Source: Pocillopora damicornis (taxonomy: Eukaryota). From it: a DNA stretch of 64,000 nucleotides. The notes under the pieces are model-generated. The model ran no database searches. It was not told the origin of the DNA and worked only from the letters and a program-made list of their open reading frames with translations. Position 1 is the first letter of the stretch; every line of letters starts with the position of its first letter. Location of the stretch: assembly GCF_003704095.1 (NCBI RefSeq), contig NW_020844494.1:682001-746000 (forward strand), written 5' to 3'. This document shows positions 13,115 to 26,151 of the stretch, in pieces. A program made the translations under genes and the position numbers.

Positions 13115-14185
13115 TTAGCTGCTGGAAGGAGCAGGCCCTTCTCGTCCAATGGGAGGGACGTGTACCATGGTGTAGGGCGCTGTGGAGGACGCCGCCGAGT
13201 TACTTCTGTAAAGCGGTAACTCAGACGGGTGCACTGGTTCCAGCTCCAATGGCCCATCAAACGCTAATTGAGCGTCCAGTCTGCTGAAATTGATGTAAGT
13301 CCTTCGTCTTGAGCCTTTACGTACATTTTTAGCGTAAGATAGAGGGTTTGCAAGTGAGGTCGGGTCACAACTGATCCGCTCACATTCGCTGGCCGATGAT
13401 ATTCTGGCGGAAATGATCTCTGCTGGCCGCACACGTTGAAAAGTTTGACTCGATCGAGGTCGGAAAGCTTCCGGGTGATTATCGATTCCGGAAAAGTTTT
13501 CCAAAGGAGCATTGTAGTGATACGGAGTTTCTTTGGTGGCGTAAACCGAATGATCTCGAAACGGGACGAACAGTTTTCTAGAGAGACACTGCTGAGGCCA
13601 CGATGCGTTCAAGTTACCTCCTGAACTAGCTCCCTCTTCACTGGTAGGAGAGGAATTTAACTCTGTTCTTTCCGTGGAGCTATGCAGCATAAAATCACGC
13701 GAGCTGCCAGGCTCATTTGTATCTTCTTTTGATGAAACGTCCTTACCAGAGTAAAAAGAATCCACCGAATATTGTCGTCGTAAGCTCGACACCGATCTTT
13801 TCCGACTGCTTGTACTTCGTGTGCGGGGGCGACCTGACGGTGGCCGAGGCACAATGACGGCCTCTGGAAGATTACTCAAGTTATCGACGTCCGAATTTAA
13901 GGAAGATACTTCTCTAGACACGGGTCGATGGCTAGATTTATCAAGCTTTGGACTTTCGTCTGAGACTGTTAGTTTGCTTTCCTCCCCAGATCCCTTGACA
14001 ACAAGCGCTGAATCTATTAAGTCTAAGATTTCATCGTCAACGATTTTCAAATCCACTTGCGAAGTTTGAAGAGCCTCTTGATCTTTGACAAAACGCAAAA
14101 CCATTTCTTGCTTTGCTCGATTAATATTTTCTGAGAAGTCATCAAGCCTTGGACTCTCCGGTTTGCTGTCCTTCGATGTAGTCAT
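13115..14185 (-). CDS. Uncharacterised Ser/Arg-rich, largely disordered protein (356 aa from ATG 14185)
   Basis: Open frame over 1 kb with elevated GC; helical N-terminus then low-complexity Ser/Arg region. No domain recognised. Confidence 0.75.
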   Translation of the reverse strand: MTTSKDSKPESPRLDDFSENINRAKQEMVLRFVKDQEALQTSQVDLKIVDDEILDLIDSALVVKGSGEESKLTVSDESPKLDKSSHRPVSREVSSLNSDVDNLSNLPEAVIVPRPPSGRPRTRSTSSRKRSVSSLRRQYSVDSFYSGKDVSSKEDTNEPGSSRDFMLHSSTERTELNSSPTSEEGASSGGNLNASWPQQCLSRKLFVPFRDHSVYATKETPYHYNAPLENFSGIDNHPEAFRPRSSQTFQRVRPAEIISARISSASECERISCDPTSLANPLSYAKNVRKGSRRRTYINFSRLDAQLAFDGPLELEPVHPSELPLYRSNSAASSTAPYTMVHVPPIGREGPAPSSS

Positions 14186-17100
14186 GGTGAAATCTATTAT
14201 GCATACAATTCCAAAATTACTCCGTGATTTCGTAAATTTATGAAGACAAACAACTATTATCGGCACATGAGATATCTAGAGATCGATCAGCACCTTTGAA
14301 AAAGAAATTCAGATGTATTCTTGAACTTGCATCAAAACTCGAAGTTGTCCTTAAATGTTGTCTAATCATTCAGATAACTCGATGAAGTTTCTCGTCGCTT
14401 CCTTCGTGTTTTGCTGTGTGGTACATGCAAGGATCCTTTTAATCCTTCAAAACTTTAGTTACCAAACCAAACCACAGTGACAGGATGACAAACACAACAG
14501 CTCCACGAAAGGAACACTCGTTTTGGTAACCTTAACAAGAATCTACTTCAATAAATTCGCTAAAAGTTTAGCGCCATCATTTAGTAATTTTCCATGTCTT
14601 TGAATGTTTTCTGCCTTTGTGTCTGCAGCTAACAAATACCGCTCTTAGAAAAGCTGCGATTGGTCCGAAACAATAAACAAATGAATCATAAATATTCATT
14701 TCTACTTTGGATAAGATCAATTCTGAATGCAAACTAATTAACTACTGTATGTTTACTTTGAAGAAAAGAAAACTTCGTTCAATTTTTTCTTTGTTTTGAA
14801 GAAACAGGTAAGACAACTATAGCACAAGATTTTCAAACTCTTCTAAAGATCTATTTTCAGCTGGAATTAATCTATTTGTGAGTTTCCAAGCGGGTAGAAA
14901 GAAAGCAAGTAATTAGGCATTTCAATTCAGCCTAAAGCAATGTATACATTTTAAGATAAGTCTTTGTTTCTCTGTTTACACATACAAATAGTTCAGTAGT
15001 GGCTGAAAGGCAAGTTCGCACATCAGTCGTCTTTTAACAAACTGCAAATTGCTTTAATCGCACACAATGTTTTCTTGTCGTGGTCGTTTACGTGAAGACC
15101 TATAATCTTAATATGAAAGTCGTGAACCCATTCATGCTCTGTACTTTGAATCTATGTTAAGTGAATCTAAATTAGCTTTGCGGATCCCTAGTGGATTTCC
15201 AAACGCTCAATTATCCATTTTGGCACCCCATGTAAGGGGGCCTATCGCATTTGCGTCAGAGCACATTGTTCGCTTAATCCTGTTGTATGGAAGTATACAA
15301 AAGTAATCAATTCTTAAAACTCGACGTCCAAACACATAATTTCTCTCATAATTCGCTTCGGAAGCTAGAGAACAATTATTAAAAGACTCTTCGAAAATAG
15401 GCGCGAGAAGAATCTTTGGCAATTATGTAAGAGGAACACTCGAGTTCCAGCGGGATTCTTTCAATTATCAAAAAAAAAAAAAACTACCGGAGAGTCTGAA
15501 GAGAAAAACCTTTAGGTAGTTTAAGTCCTTCAAAGAGATTATTAGATTGAAAAGCACCTAGCAACACGGAATAAACGCAGCACGTGCGTCCTCAGCATCC
15601 TAGCATTTCCCACAACGAATTCCATGCCGCTATCAAAACACATATGTAACATATAAACGAATGTGAAGTCCACGTGATGCCAAAGAAGATCAGACACATT
15701 CCACTTATCGTTTCTGATCGAGCCGGCCAGTTCATATTTAATAATATTATACTGAACGTGGCACGTCAATACATAATCGTTTAGAAATTTCTCCAACTAA
15801 ATGGATTCGTTTTCTCGGATGGTCAATGTTCAAAGTCTACCCTGTTCCACCTTTAAAAATACACAACTTGGTCTATCGATCATGGAGCTCATTTTTTCAG
15901 TGCTTAGCTCTGAGTAAGAAACATTTTGCAGCAAAAAGGAAAAATATGCTCTTACAAGTTACGTAATCTGGAGTGGGGTATGAGGTAATGACAAAAAGAT
16001 ACAGTCTGATAACTGAGTTCAGATAGCTTTGAGGTGAGCTACTGGATAACGAGAAAGCTCTCTTGTTAAACCACCTGAAAAGGGAAATAAACTAAACAAA
16101 ACAAAACAAAAATACAATAAAAGCAGCGTAACGAATCAACAAAAAAGAAGAAAGATGAAGCTTAAAGAGACCATGTCAGTGAAAACTGGGGGAAAAATAT
16201 TGGTTCTCTCGCTTTTTTCCACCGTCATGTTTCATCTCCAGTTCTCTATTAGAGGAATCAGGAAATAGAAACATCCTTTTTGCCTTTTGGGAAGGCTACA
16301 AAAGACTGCGAAATAGTTTGGATGAATTTTACCGCAGCGTAAGCCGTCCCCATCTAGTCTGGGGAGAGAAGTTTGGGGTAGTAATTTCACTTGTTTTTCA
16401 GTCTATAAATTAATAAATCGTCGTTGAAGTTTAGCTGCTAGTCTCTTCAGATTGGATTCGCGCTCTACTTGCCCCCTACCACGGACAGCCTGTTTCATTC
16501 GTCAAGGGAAGATAAAACTGTTGCGTTGTGCGCTTGACTACGGCGCGTCTATCAAAACGGTTGTTTTGAAACAAACATCAATTTTTCATTTATATATTGT
16601 GGAGAGAATTTCCCACAACATGAGAAATTTTTACGCAAAGCAAAACAATCAGCCGCGAAAAGGAACTTTTTCACTCTCTTCAATTTGTAATCCTCTAGTT
16701 TCCCTTATTTGGCGTTCAATAGGAAGCAGCTGTCACCGCAGGCAATTTATAATTAATTATGTGGACATTAAAATAAAAAAGGGTAAGAAAACCAACAAAT
16801 GCCAAGAACAGAAAAGAATGAAATCTCTCATTTAGATTGATTTACCATCTTCTGACAGAAACAGAAAGACACTGAGTAGCCTGTGCAGGGCTTCATCATT
16901 GGCGCCTCCGCGTTACGAGTGTTCTTCGCCCTCAAACAAGTTTGAGGCCTTAGGGAAACGATAGCCGGGGAGAGGTGTCCAAGTGGTCTTGGACCTGCTT
17001 ATCAATGCCAGACCCGGCCCTTGTCGGCTTACTTTGCTCAAAGCCTGAAAGTTACTCGCAGGCGAAGAAACGATCGTGCTGCAGCGCTAATGATGATGGC

Positions 17101-17872
17101 GGATAATAGCCTGCTAACAGGTTCTACACTGACATTTTTACAATCAACAATCGTCTAACCACTGCATTTGTTTTGCAAATTATCAACGACAAGGAAGACT
17201 TCATAAATTTACTAAGTGCTATGAAATATTAATTGGCGAGAAAAAGCTAAAAACAAGGCCTGCAAACGGCTCCTTGGCCACCGATAAGAGGCAAATCACA
17301 CGAAAGTGCGAAAATGAGAAAAAGTGCGACGAATTTTAAAAAAGAGGCCAATATTTATATAAAAAGCAAACTCTTATAATTTTTCCTATCTATAAATATA
17401 TTCGCTGTAGAGTGAGTTCTTAACTTTTAAATTAATTATTTGTTAAAAGACAAAATGTTAGGCGATCGAGAAGACAAACGAAAATACCGACTTTTCACCG
17501 AGTGACGGAAATTTGAGACAGCTGTGGGTTTTTCAGGGTTTTACATAATTTGCACCTTTGCTAAAGTTAATCCACAGCTAAATTTACGATCACGGATTTA
17601 TTTTTGCACTAAAACGCTCACTGGTCGCTCAATGACAGCAACCGTTTGAGTGACGTAAGCAAACTGTCTTTAGCACCGTCAGTCTTTTTGTGTTTATAGC
17701 TGTCAAAGCTTTTAATACGCCAACGGCGGGAGTCAGTTCACAAGCACCGACAGCTGCGGCGCTCAACAAGCTTATGTAAACTCGACTCGCGGAACTGCAA
17801 CTTAGAGGATGTTTAATAATCTGGATGTCACGGATTAATAAGGGATAAGGCGCCAAGGAAATGGAATAAGAC

Positions 17873-18370
17873 ATGTACGCACCAATTTCAGAGGAAGACA
17901 GCTTTCTTCCTGCTATTCTGTGGAGCAATCCTTCAAAACAACTCGAACATGTTCGAGGTTATTACGAACGACAGCGTCAGTTGAATTTAGTGCTTGATCG
18001 AAACTTGGAAGACATTCGAATGGCGTACTCTAGGAAGCTGTGTACTGAAAGAAATCGGCTTAGCAAGTCCCTGTGGGAGATAGAGGTTAGGAAAAGGAAA
18101 TTACTGCATCAGATTTTGGAGCCACAAGCGAAACGTGAGGCGACATGGCGAAAGCAGTCTATAGCTGGACCAAAAAAGCATCGAATAAGGCACAAAGAGA
18201 GTGAAGAGGAAAATAAGTTGCGGAAGGGATATAATAAACATGGCAAGCACACTTCTAACGAGCATCAAAACAGGCAGCAAGAAAGAACTGGGAAAGAAAA
18301 GCCCAAAGATAAAGAAAGCTCTGAAGGAGAATCTGAACAGTTAGTGCTACCCAAATTTCTTCTTCGTTGA
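17873..18370 (+). CDS. Uncharacterised coiled-coil, charged protein (165 aa)
   Basis: ATG-initiated ORF with a helical segment (RQRQLNLVLDRNLEDIRMAYSRKLCTERNRLSKSLWEIEVRKRKLL) and a K/E-rich tail. Confidence 0.65.
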   Translation: MYAPISEEDSFLPAILWSNPSKQLEHVRGYYERQRQLNLVLDRNLEDIRMAYSRKLCTERNRLSKSLWEIEVRKRKLLHQILEPQAKREATWRKQSIAGPKKHRIRHKESEEENKLRKGYNKHGKHTSNEHQNRQQERTGKEKPKDKESSEGESEQLVLPKFLLR

Positions 18371-19978
18371 AATCAAGTTATGTATACCCGCAGCGAATTC
18401 ACGTTGCTAAGACACGGAAAATGAAATATTTATCAAACTGAGGTAAATACGGAAATTATTCCATAATAAGGGAAGCCAATTTCAGGTCACTAGAATTAAC
18501 AGTGAAATATTTGAAAAATAAAAAAGAGAGTCAGTTCAAAAGTACAAAAACTCTCTCAAAAAATTAAACTTCTGCTTCACCAAAATGTTATTTACAAGGA
18601 AATGATTGATACGTATTTTTCTGTGTTATTTCAGCTGCGTAGTTATTGAATTTTCAAAATTCTATTCATGAAGGAGAGGAGTGACAACCGTTGGAAACGC
18701 TTTAAGCGAATATTACCTTTCTTAAGTACATTTATTCGATCAAAACTGGCGACTCTAATGATAAGGTACTTCTTAACACTAATAAAAACATTTTTGAAGT
18801 GGACGTAATATTAAACATAGAAAAAAAAATCCGTTAAAACAAGCATCCAACAAACTAAGAACATTATTTATCTTTTCAATATCAGCTTATTACTGCCGCA
18901 AAGAAAAAAGTACACAAACATGAAAACGTTCATTAAATCTTGCAAGCTCTCTGTTTCCTTCGTCTTCCACTTCGCGCCAAGCTAGTTTATTTGAGATTCA
19001 CTATTAAATATTTAGTTCGGATTCATAATCGACGTATTCGAAATAGGAACTTTAGCTTGGCCTGTCAAGACTTCAAAGAAGCCTTTACATAAATCTCTAA
19101 AACTAAAATGTTGTGCAAATAGGTTCGAAGAAATTGGACAAAAGAGGAAGTCTTCAGATAAACAAAAGTAATTTAAGCTTTATTGCTGGAGGGGCTGTTG
19201 TACTCAATTCTGGCCGCCTGATTTTGTTCAAAGTTAAGAGTTTTAACCAATAACGTAGGACAGCAATCAAAAAGAGGGCTATAATAGACACTATTAATGC
19301 ATTAGCTAAGTGCATTGCGCTGTTAAATGCGGCGCTAAGACACAATGGGGAGATTAAGGGAAACTGGGGTAGCTATCTCTGCTGTTTAAGATTCAATCAG
19401 GAAGAAAAGCGTTAAAAGCTTTCTTTTTGTTAGGTGCGAATATTTGTTCAGCAATCTTCAAAGTTCAGTCATCACAGCATTGTGTTGCGGAAAAAGTTGC
19501 AAATATTAACAAATTAAACAAAAGATTGAAAATTCAAGTTTTCGAGTATTCTCTTTTGTACTTATAGAGTAGCTTCTTAGTTCTTCAGCTGTTTGATGAG
19601 GCTGTTACGCCGGGTTAAATAACACAGCTACAAACTCAGTATCGTCCGATTCATTTATTTCTCTCAGAGATCAACTCTGTGATTTAATTAAAGGAAATTA
19701 ATAATGCTCTCACTGTCTTTTAAAGACAGAATATTCTATCAGAATACAAATGACGTTGCTTACTATCAGTTCATACATATAATCTACGGAAAATTAGCAT
19801 TTATAAATTTTCCTTTTGCTCTTAAAACAGAATATCAAATAAAAATAAAAAATAAACCGTATCAAAAATAGAGAGAGCTTGCAACTTTTGCTCTCAAAAA
19901 AAAAAAAAAACGATTTTACCGACATGTCACATTGACCTATCAAGGGATAGCACATGCCGCAGTCGAAGACATCTTTCG

Positions 19979-22900
19979 TTATAAGGACTCTAGCAGTTTC
20001 TGAGCTTGTTCGCTTGATTCTTTGTCCTAAATTTTCGGCAATGAGAAAAAAAATTTTCAGAAAGTCAAACGTGATCGTTTGTTTGGTTCAATGAAAGCAT
20101 CCATCATCGTAGAAATCGTAGAAAAGGAATTTTAGAATAACACTTAAAATATTCACGAGTCTAAAGTTTTTTTTCTGGAGTTCTGGCTTCAATGAATTCC
20201 AAAGTACGACAACGACAGTAGTACGGTTTTTTGTTAAATGATAAGAAAAGCAGAAAGTAACAAAGAGTCGTTGTTCTATTCTACTTACGTCATCATTGGA
20301 GACTGGAAGCGAGAGAGCTTTCTTCAACCATTCTTTCGCCTTTGGTACATCTCCATTTTGTTTGTAACACTATGAAGGAAAAACTTGTAAAATGCTTTGG
20401 AATATTCGAATGTATTCTATGTAGAAATGGATTCTTTGCGTAGAAAGTTGCTCGAACCATTTGAGATCCCGAGTACAGGTCTTAAGAAATGTGTTACAAT
20501 GTTTCTTTTTTCTCTTCACGAAGATCAATTAACGTGAACTTAAGATGACAGATAAGAACACAGCTTTTATTAGCTTCTAATTTATTACCTTTCCGATCCA
20601 AAACGAATTTGTCAGCCAAAATCCCGGCTGGAGATCTTCAGCCTGAAAAAAGGCAATCAGTTAGATAATAAAAGAGAGTCATGTAAAATTAAACAAAAAA
20701 ATCTCTAGTTGTTCTTTGGTAATAATAAAAGTAATACATAGGAAAATGCCAAATATTCAGTATGCTTGACCCCAATTCAAAATGTCTAGTTTCCGGCCAA
20801 GGCCAGGTCATCTGCGTTGACTGTGTACGAGTAAGAAACTTAAAAAACTTTACTTTCTCAGTGCCACTCTCCACTCTGCTAATAAGGAGGAGTAACAAGA
20901 CTCCTGGTCACTTCATGCACAGAAAACTGGAATAAACTCCTCTATTAATGGTTTCTAATCTTCTAAAATTAAAACCTATTTTAATTTAAGTTAATATTCT
21001 TCAAGCAAAGTTTAGTGTGAGTTCCTGTTTCAAAGGCTGACCTTAAGAAAGTTTTGAAGAGCCTCGTCAATAGATGATGACGGAGGTTCAGCTACAAATG
21101 CTGAGGCAGCTTTCCTCTGCCACCAAGACAACATAGAAATCTGAAATAGAATTCAGTTTTATTAAAGCTCAGACAGATCTTGAATGAGAAAAAAATCACA
21201 AAAAAATTCAGTTCAAGTTGCAAAGTTACCTCAAAACACCATCTTCCAAATAGATGATAGTTAGCAGGATCATCCCTGTTGAGTTTAATAGCTTCTTGAA
21301 TATGTTCCTACAAAATAACACAGTTATCTCATATCACTGGAGTCAATGTCCTTCAAAAATTGCTACACAAGACGAGAAAAAAAGGTTTGTAAACAATTTG
21401 ACCATTAAATTAAAGGTTAGATAATGTGAGTGCATTCAGATCTGTGCAAAGTTCAAATACTTTTAAACTAATTTAATTATTTTTTTCCTCTACCTTGTAT
21501 TCATAGCCCAGCAAAATCTGATCTTGTAAACTTTTATATTCTGTTGTGCTTCCAAGAATTATTGCATACCTATAAAAAAAAAATTAGAAATACAATATTG
21601 GGTGTGGTAAGTATGTGCAACTTACAAGACACTGTGTTCTTCACATAGACATGAAAATCCAGATATTGAGGAGCAATTATGTTTTAATCAGTTACTTACC
21701 ATTTGTGAGCATTTGGATTTTTTTTGTCCATTTGAATTGCTTTCTTTGCCTCTGCAATGCCTTCAAATTTTCAGTTTGTCAGATTAAGCAAATGTATATG
21801 ATTACAACAAAGCTTCATGGAAGCACCAAAACAATTACTTTTAGGTAAATTTTACAGAGTATTACCATCTAATAAGAAACTGAATCATAAGTGGTTGAAA
21901 TGCAATTCAGAGGCAACTGATTAAAAGATACTGGTCAGGTACTGAACACCAATCAGAAGGTAGTGCCACATTTTCTTAAGAACACTTTTCAGGAAGCTGC
22001 CCTCCCATGATTTGCTGACTTTAATAATCAAATGGCAAGCATATAGGTAGTGGCTATACCTTCATATAACATGTTTTTTTTCCCATCAGCATCTCCACTT
22101 TTTCCTTTCATTGTTGCAATATCGTAGCAAGATCTTGCATATCTCCAGCTAACTTCACAGTGTTCATGTTTCTGTACAAGTGAATCATGGTTACAAAATT
22201 ATATCAGTCTACTAAAAATATTTATTATCTAATGAAGTATATGATTTTGTAATAAACATTCAATTTACACCCCTGACCTGTAAACACTCATGTAGAAGTC
22301 CATGAATTTTTTGCTTGGCTGCAGTCTCATTATTGGAGTGTAGCTGGTCTACTTCATCAATGATAGCTTTAAGATGGTCAAAGTCCAAAGCACTAGATGT
22401 AATGCCACAAAATGAAATATCAGTTAAATCAAATGTGTTGGGGAGAGAGAGGTGGTGGCAGGAAAATTAGCCCACTGAACTCTGGACTCTAGACTCTGGG
22501 TCAAAAAATCTTGGTTTAGATCTTAATGTGTGTTTTTAGGCAAAACACTTCATTCTCACAGCACCTCTCTCCACCCAGGAGTATAAATGGGTACCACCAC
22601 ACTGTCAGGAAAGTCTGACAATGCATAGGGAGGTAATCTGCGATGGATCAGCCTCCCATTGATTGCAAACTGGAGTATGGATCAAAAGGTCCAGATTTTA
22701 GCCCTGAGAAGGTCCAGCAATTGTGTTATGTTCTTGGGAAAGACACTCTATTCCCACATTTCATATTAACCCAGTGAATAGTTTGGGAAACTTGTTGAAA
22801 TCCTGATGTGCAAGGGGGNNNNNNNNNNGAAGAACCAGAATCCCATCCAGGGGTGAGTGGCAAGTCAGTCTTGATTGCTAGGACAAGCTCTGGCAGTATG

Positions 22901-23605
22901 GGCCACTCGCCCCATGAATAGACCACAGAGTTTGTTTTACAGGTAAAGGCTAGCAGTTTCAAGCAACTAAACTAGCATATATGTGTAATCCATTTTTCAT
23001 GGGTAAACAGCCTGGCTTATGTTTGAACTTGAACTTTAATATAGCCTGGCTTATGTTACAAAGCCCAACAATTCATATTTTGAGACACAACGTTGTCAAA
23101 ATATGATCTGCATTCCTATTTGTCGTTTTGTTTCACAGCTATTGTAGGGCTATAAAAATTGTCACCTATCACCTCCTCTCTAAAGTTCGCTCGAATTGTA
23201 AGTCGCTTTACCAGTCAGAGAGATAAAAAACATATTTACACTGTACCTGGAGGAAAGTTCTTCCCCGGACATTTCAAAAAATTCGTCTTCCGTCTCCTCA
23301 TCACTTTGTACAGTCACTCGAGATGGTTCATTCTTCAGTGGTACATTTCGTTTATTTTTGCCTTCAGTGAGGGTTACTTCAAGTCTAACCACTGTACAAC
23401 GAAGTTCTCTTATTTCGTCCCTCAACTCAGTGAGCTGAACGACAATATTTTGTTCTTCCTTTCTCACAGCAAGCCATTTCCTTGAAGCAGCCATTCCAGC
23501 ACCTATCCCTATCCCAATTCCCAAGCCAATGGAGATTCCCACAAGAATATTACGTCCACAAGATGAAAAGAACCCGAAATTATCAAATGACTGCAAAGAC
23601 GCCAT
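19979..23605 (-). CDS. RMDN3: Regulator of microtubule dynamics protein, RMDN2/RMDN3 (PTPIP51) type, 10 exons
   Basis: Exons 23605-23247, 22392-22278, 22171-22060, 21760-21700, 21569-21494, 21307-21230, 21140-21042, 20642-20589, 20369-20289, 20026-19979, all GT-AG and in phase. N-terminal TM helix plus coiled coil, then TPR-like RMD1 motifs ([73 protein letters not shown]). Confidence 0.9.
20765..20945 (+). mobile_element. Degenerate tRNA-derived SINE in RMDN intron
   Basis: Shares body motifs (ACTTTACTTTCTCAGTGCCACTCTCCAC; GGAGTAACAAGACTCCTGGTCACTTCATGC) with the common anthozoan SINE also seen at 22470-22930. Recognised from memory. Confidence 0.5.
22470..22930 (+). mobile_element. Two adjacent degenerate SINE copies in RMDN intron 1
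   Basis: GGCAAAACACTTCATTCTCACAGCACCTCTCTCCACCCAGGAGTATAAATGGGTACC, then a second GTTCTTGGGAAAGACACTCTATTCCCACA...CATCCAGGGGTGAGT. Typical anthozoan SINE core. Confidence 0.6.
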
Positions 23606-23751
23606 CTTAGTTTCCTTTAGACATTTCCGCTGAAATCACTCCTAAATCGCGGGCTCCAAACATAACATCTCCTTTCATCAGGCGTTTGTCGCTTCATACA
23701 GAACTTTCCGCTAACTTTGTGGCGTGTTTAGGACCTTAAAAGGCAATCATT
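23606..23751. promoter_or_regulatory. Bidirectional promoter between RMDN and GCHFR
   Basis: Only 146 bp separate the two divergent ATGs. Confidence 0.7.
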
Positions 23752-24621
23752 ATGCCTTATATCCTGATAAGTTGTCAGATAAGGCTGGTAAGAGCTTCTT
23801 TGATAATCCTTGTCCTCAATTACTGTTATTCTAGTTAAAAGCGTCTCTGAGTAGTTTCGTGCATTACCCCAATTAGCCTGTATTGGTAATCACAGATTGT
23901 GACCGTGTTTGACATCATTTAGGCAAGTGGGCCCACAACCTGTGGGGACGAATTTTCCGACAGAGAATTGATGGAGTATTTGGGGGCCGAGCTGGTGCAC
24001 ACTTTTGGTAACAACTTGTGAGTATTTTTTGTGAATGTTTTGATCACATATAACTGTGTGGGGGATGGTAGGGAGACAAATGTCGATTGATATCAAAGTT
24101 GAATGTTAAATTGGAGGGGAACAGGGAACGAGAATCTTGGAAAGTACGCGCTAGGTAAGATACAGGAGATAGAAGAAGAAAGGTCCAGAGGTTGTAGCTG
24201 TATTTTTGGCATGACACAGGAAAGAAATACAAAGATATGGGAGCGTTTGTTTTATTATTACTCTGCAATGATTTCGTCATTGAGGGTGGGAGGCAGCAGT
24301 CACCGGAAGTGGACGTGGAAGGAAAGACAGCACGCTTCAAAATTTGATAGATTCCCACGGGCCCTGCTTCCCCCATCTGTTTTCACCTAGACGATATAGT
24401 AATCATACTGCTTAATATCACCAAAAAAAATGTTTTATGCTCACATGTTCAGTAAGGAGTACATCAGCACTGATCCACCTCGTGCAGTCCTTAACAGACT
24501 GGAAGGTAGAGGATACAAAGTAATAGCAGCAACAGGTGTTGGTCAAACATTAGTCTGGACACTCTACAAGGACGACAACTGTGAGATTGTGGACAAAGGA
24601 AAAGCTGACAGGTATATGTAA
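23752..24621 (+). CDS. GCHFR: GTP cyclohydrolase I feedback regulatory protein
   Basis: Exons 23752-23787 (MPYILISCQIRL), 23923-24017 (ASGPTTCGDEFSDRELMEYLGA...GNNF) and 24453-24621 (KEYISTDPPRAVLNRLEGRGYKVIAATGVGQTLVWTLYK). Clear GFRP sequence. Possible alternative end via donor 24612 to acceptor 25351 (...ADR-stop at 25355). Confidence 0.95.
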
Positions 24622-26151
24622 CTTACTGATAAAATAGGTTCAGCTTAAATGTTGTTTGCAGTAATGAACCAGCTAAGAACTAGTAATTTCTTACAAGTAT
24701 TGCCCATGCATCCCAGCAAAGACAAATTGTCATTGATCAGGTGCTCTTCAGGATAGCTGATTTTAAACTTTTGGGTCTGTTCATTCTCAGTCACAAATCA
24801 CTGTTAAGGCTTCACAGCAGAAGCACGAGTACATGTTTTTTACTTGGAGGCTTTCAGAACTAATTGAAAAGTATTGCATTAGAGGGATAAGATTTTCCAT
24901 TTGCTCTTCAAAGTCTTTTCACATGTTCTTTATGTGTAACAAGTGTGGAAATAGTATGAAGACTATGCTTTGATTTTACCATTCCCAGCATATGAGTACA
25001 AACAGTGTCTTGTTGAAATGTGTTATGTTTCCTGTACAGACAATTGACATTGTTTCTCATTTGATTCACAATGTAACAGTGAATGATCAATTCCTTTGGG
25101 CTGGGGTAATCCCTAATCTGCAGAACACTCAATGCAGATTGCTGAATTCCAAACAAGCATATGTCTGGTTTGCATGTCTAGTTGGCATTGTCTTTTGGTA
25201 ATTAAAGCTGCACTGGAAATGTAACATTATGTTGATAATCGTTTTTTTGCATTCTGCAAAGTATAGCCACCAGTGTGAATTATCTATAGCATTTTACCCA
25301 TTGTTTAACAAGCATAATATTTCTCTTTTTTTCTTTTTCTTTTTTCACCAGATAAAATACCTGTCTTCCAATGCATAACTGTTTAATGGAGTGTGAGACT
25401 GTACATATTACACAATGACTGAAGTTCTGTACAAGCAGTTAATGAATGATTAATAGCTGATCTTAATTATTTTTCTCTGTAAAATGTCAGTCCCATGAAA
25501 CCATGAAACACAGGAAATATTGTTAGAGGTTCTTTTGATGACAAGAACTTAAAAAAATGAAATGTTTCTCCTATTATTTATTAGTATATTTAATACTGTA
25601 AACCTACTCAAAGAACTTTTTAAGGTGGAATGTTACTCAGTGTTGGTCATCTGTTGCACAACTTTAAGAGGAAATGTATAACTTGTTCCCATTACAGCCA
25701 TGCAGCCAAGGAAAAAAAGGAAAATATTGTGGCACCTAATCAATTGTTAATAAAATAAAAATTCATATGCAGTCTTCAGAATTATTTAATATTTTAAAAT
25801 ATCTTCTTCCTTTTGACTACTCTTATACATTTTCACATAGCACCATTTTTCAAGAGTTTGATTCCAGCTACTTTCAGTGCAAAGGATTTTTAAGTTTAAT
25901 GTGACTCAGACATGAAGAGAAGAAGATTTACGGTGTTCTAAATTTCTGTTCAATGTTTCTTCATTTGTTCAAGTTAAGCTAACCATGAGGCTGATTACTG
26001 TGCCACATATAGCATAAGGCTGAAAATGAAATCATGGCCTCATGGCTTTTAGCTTATACAGCTATTTATCAAGAAGCTGGAACCGGCTTTCAAGAACTTC
26101 CTGCAAGGGGAAGCCCTGTCTTGAATTACCAACTGATCCTTCACTTGGTTG

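Noticed and set aside
24044-24390. ORFs inside GCHFR intron 2
   Set aside because: No recognisable domain or splice support.
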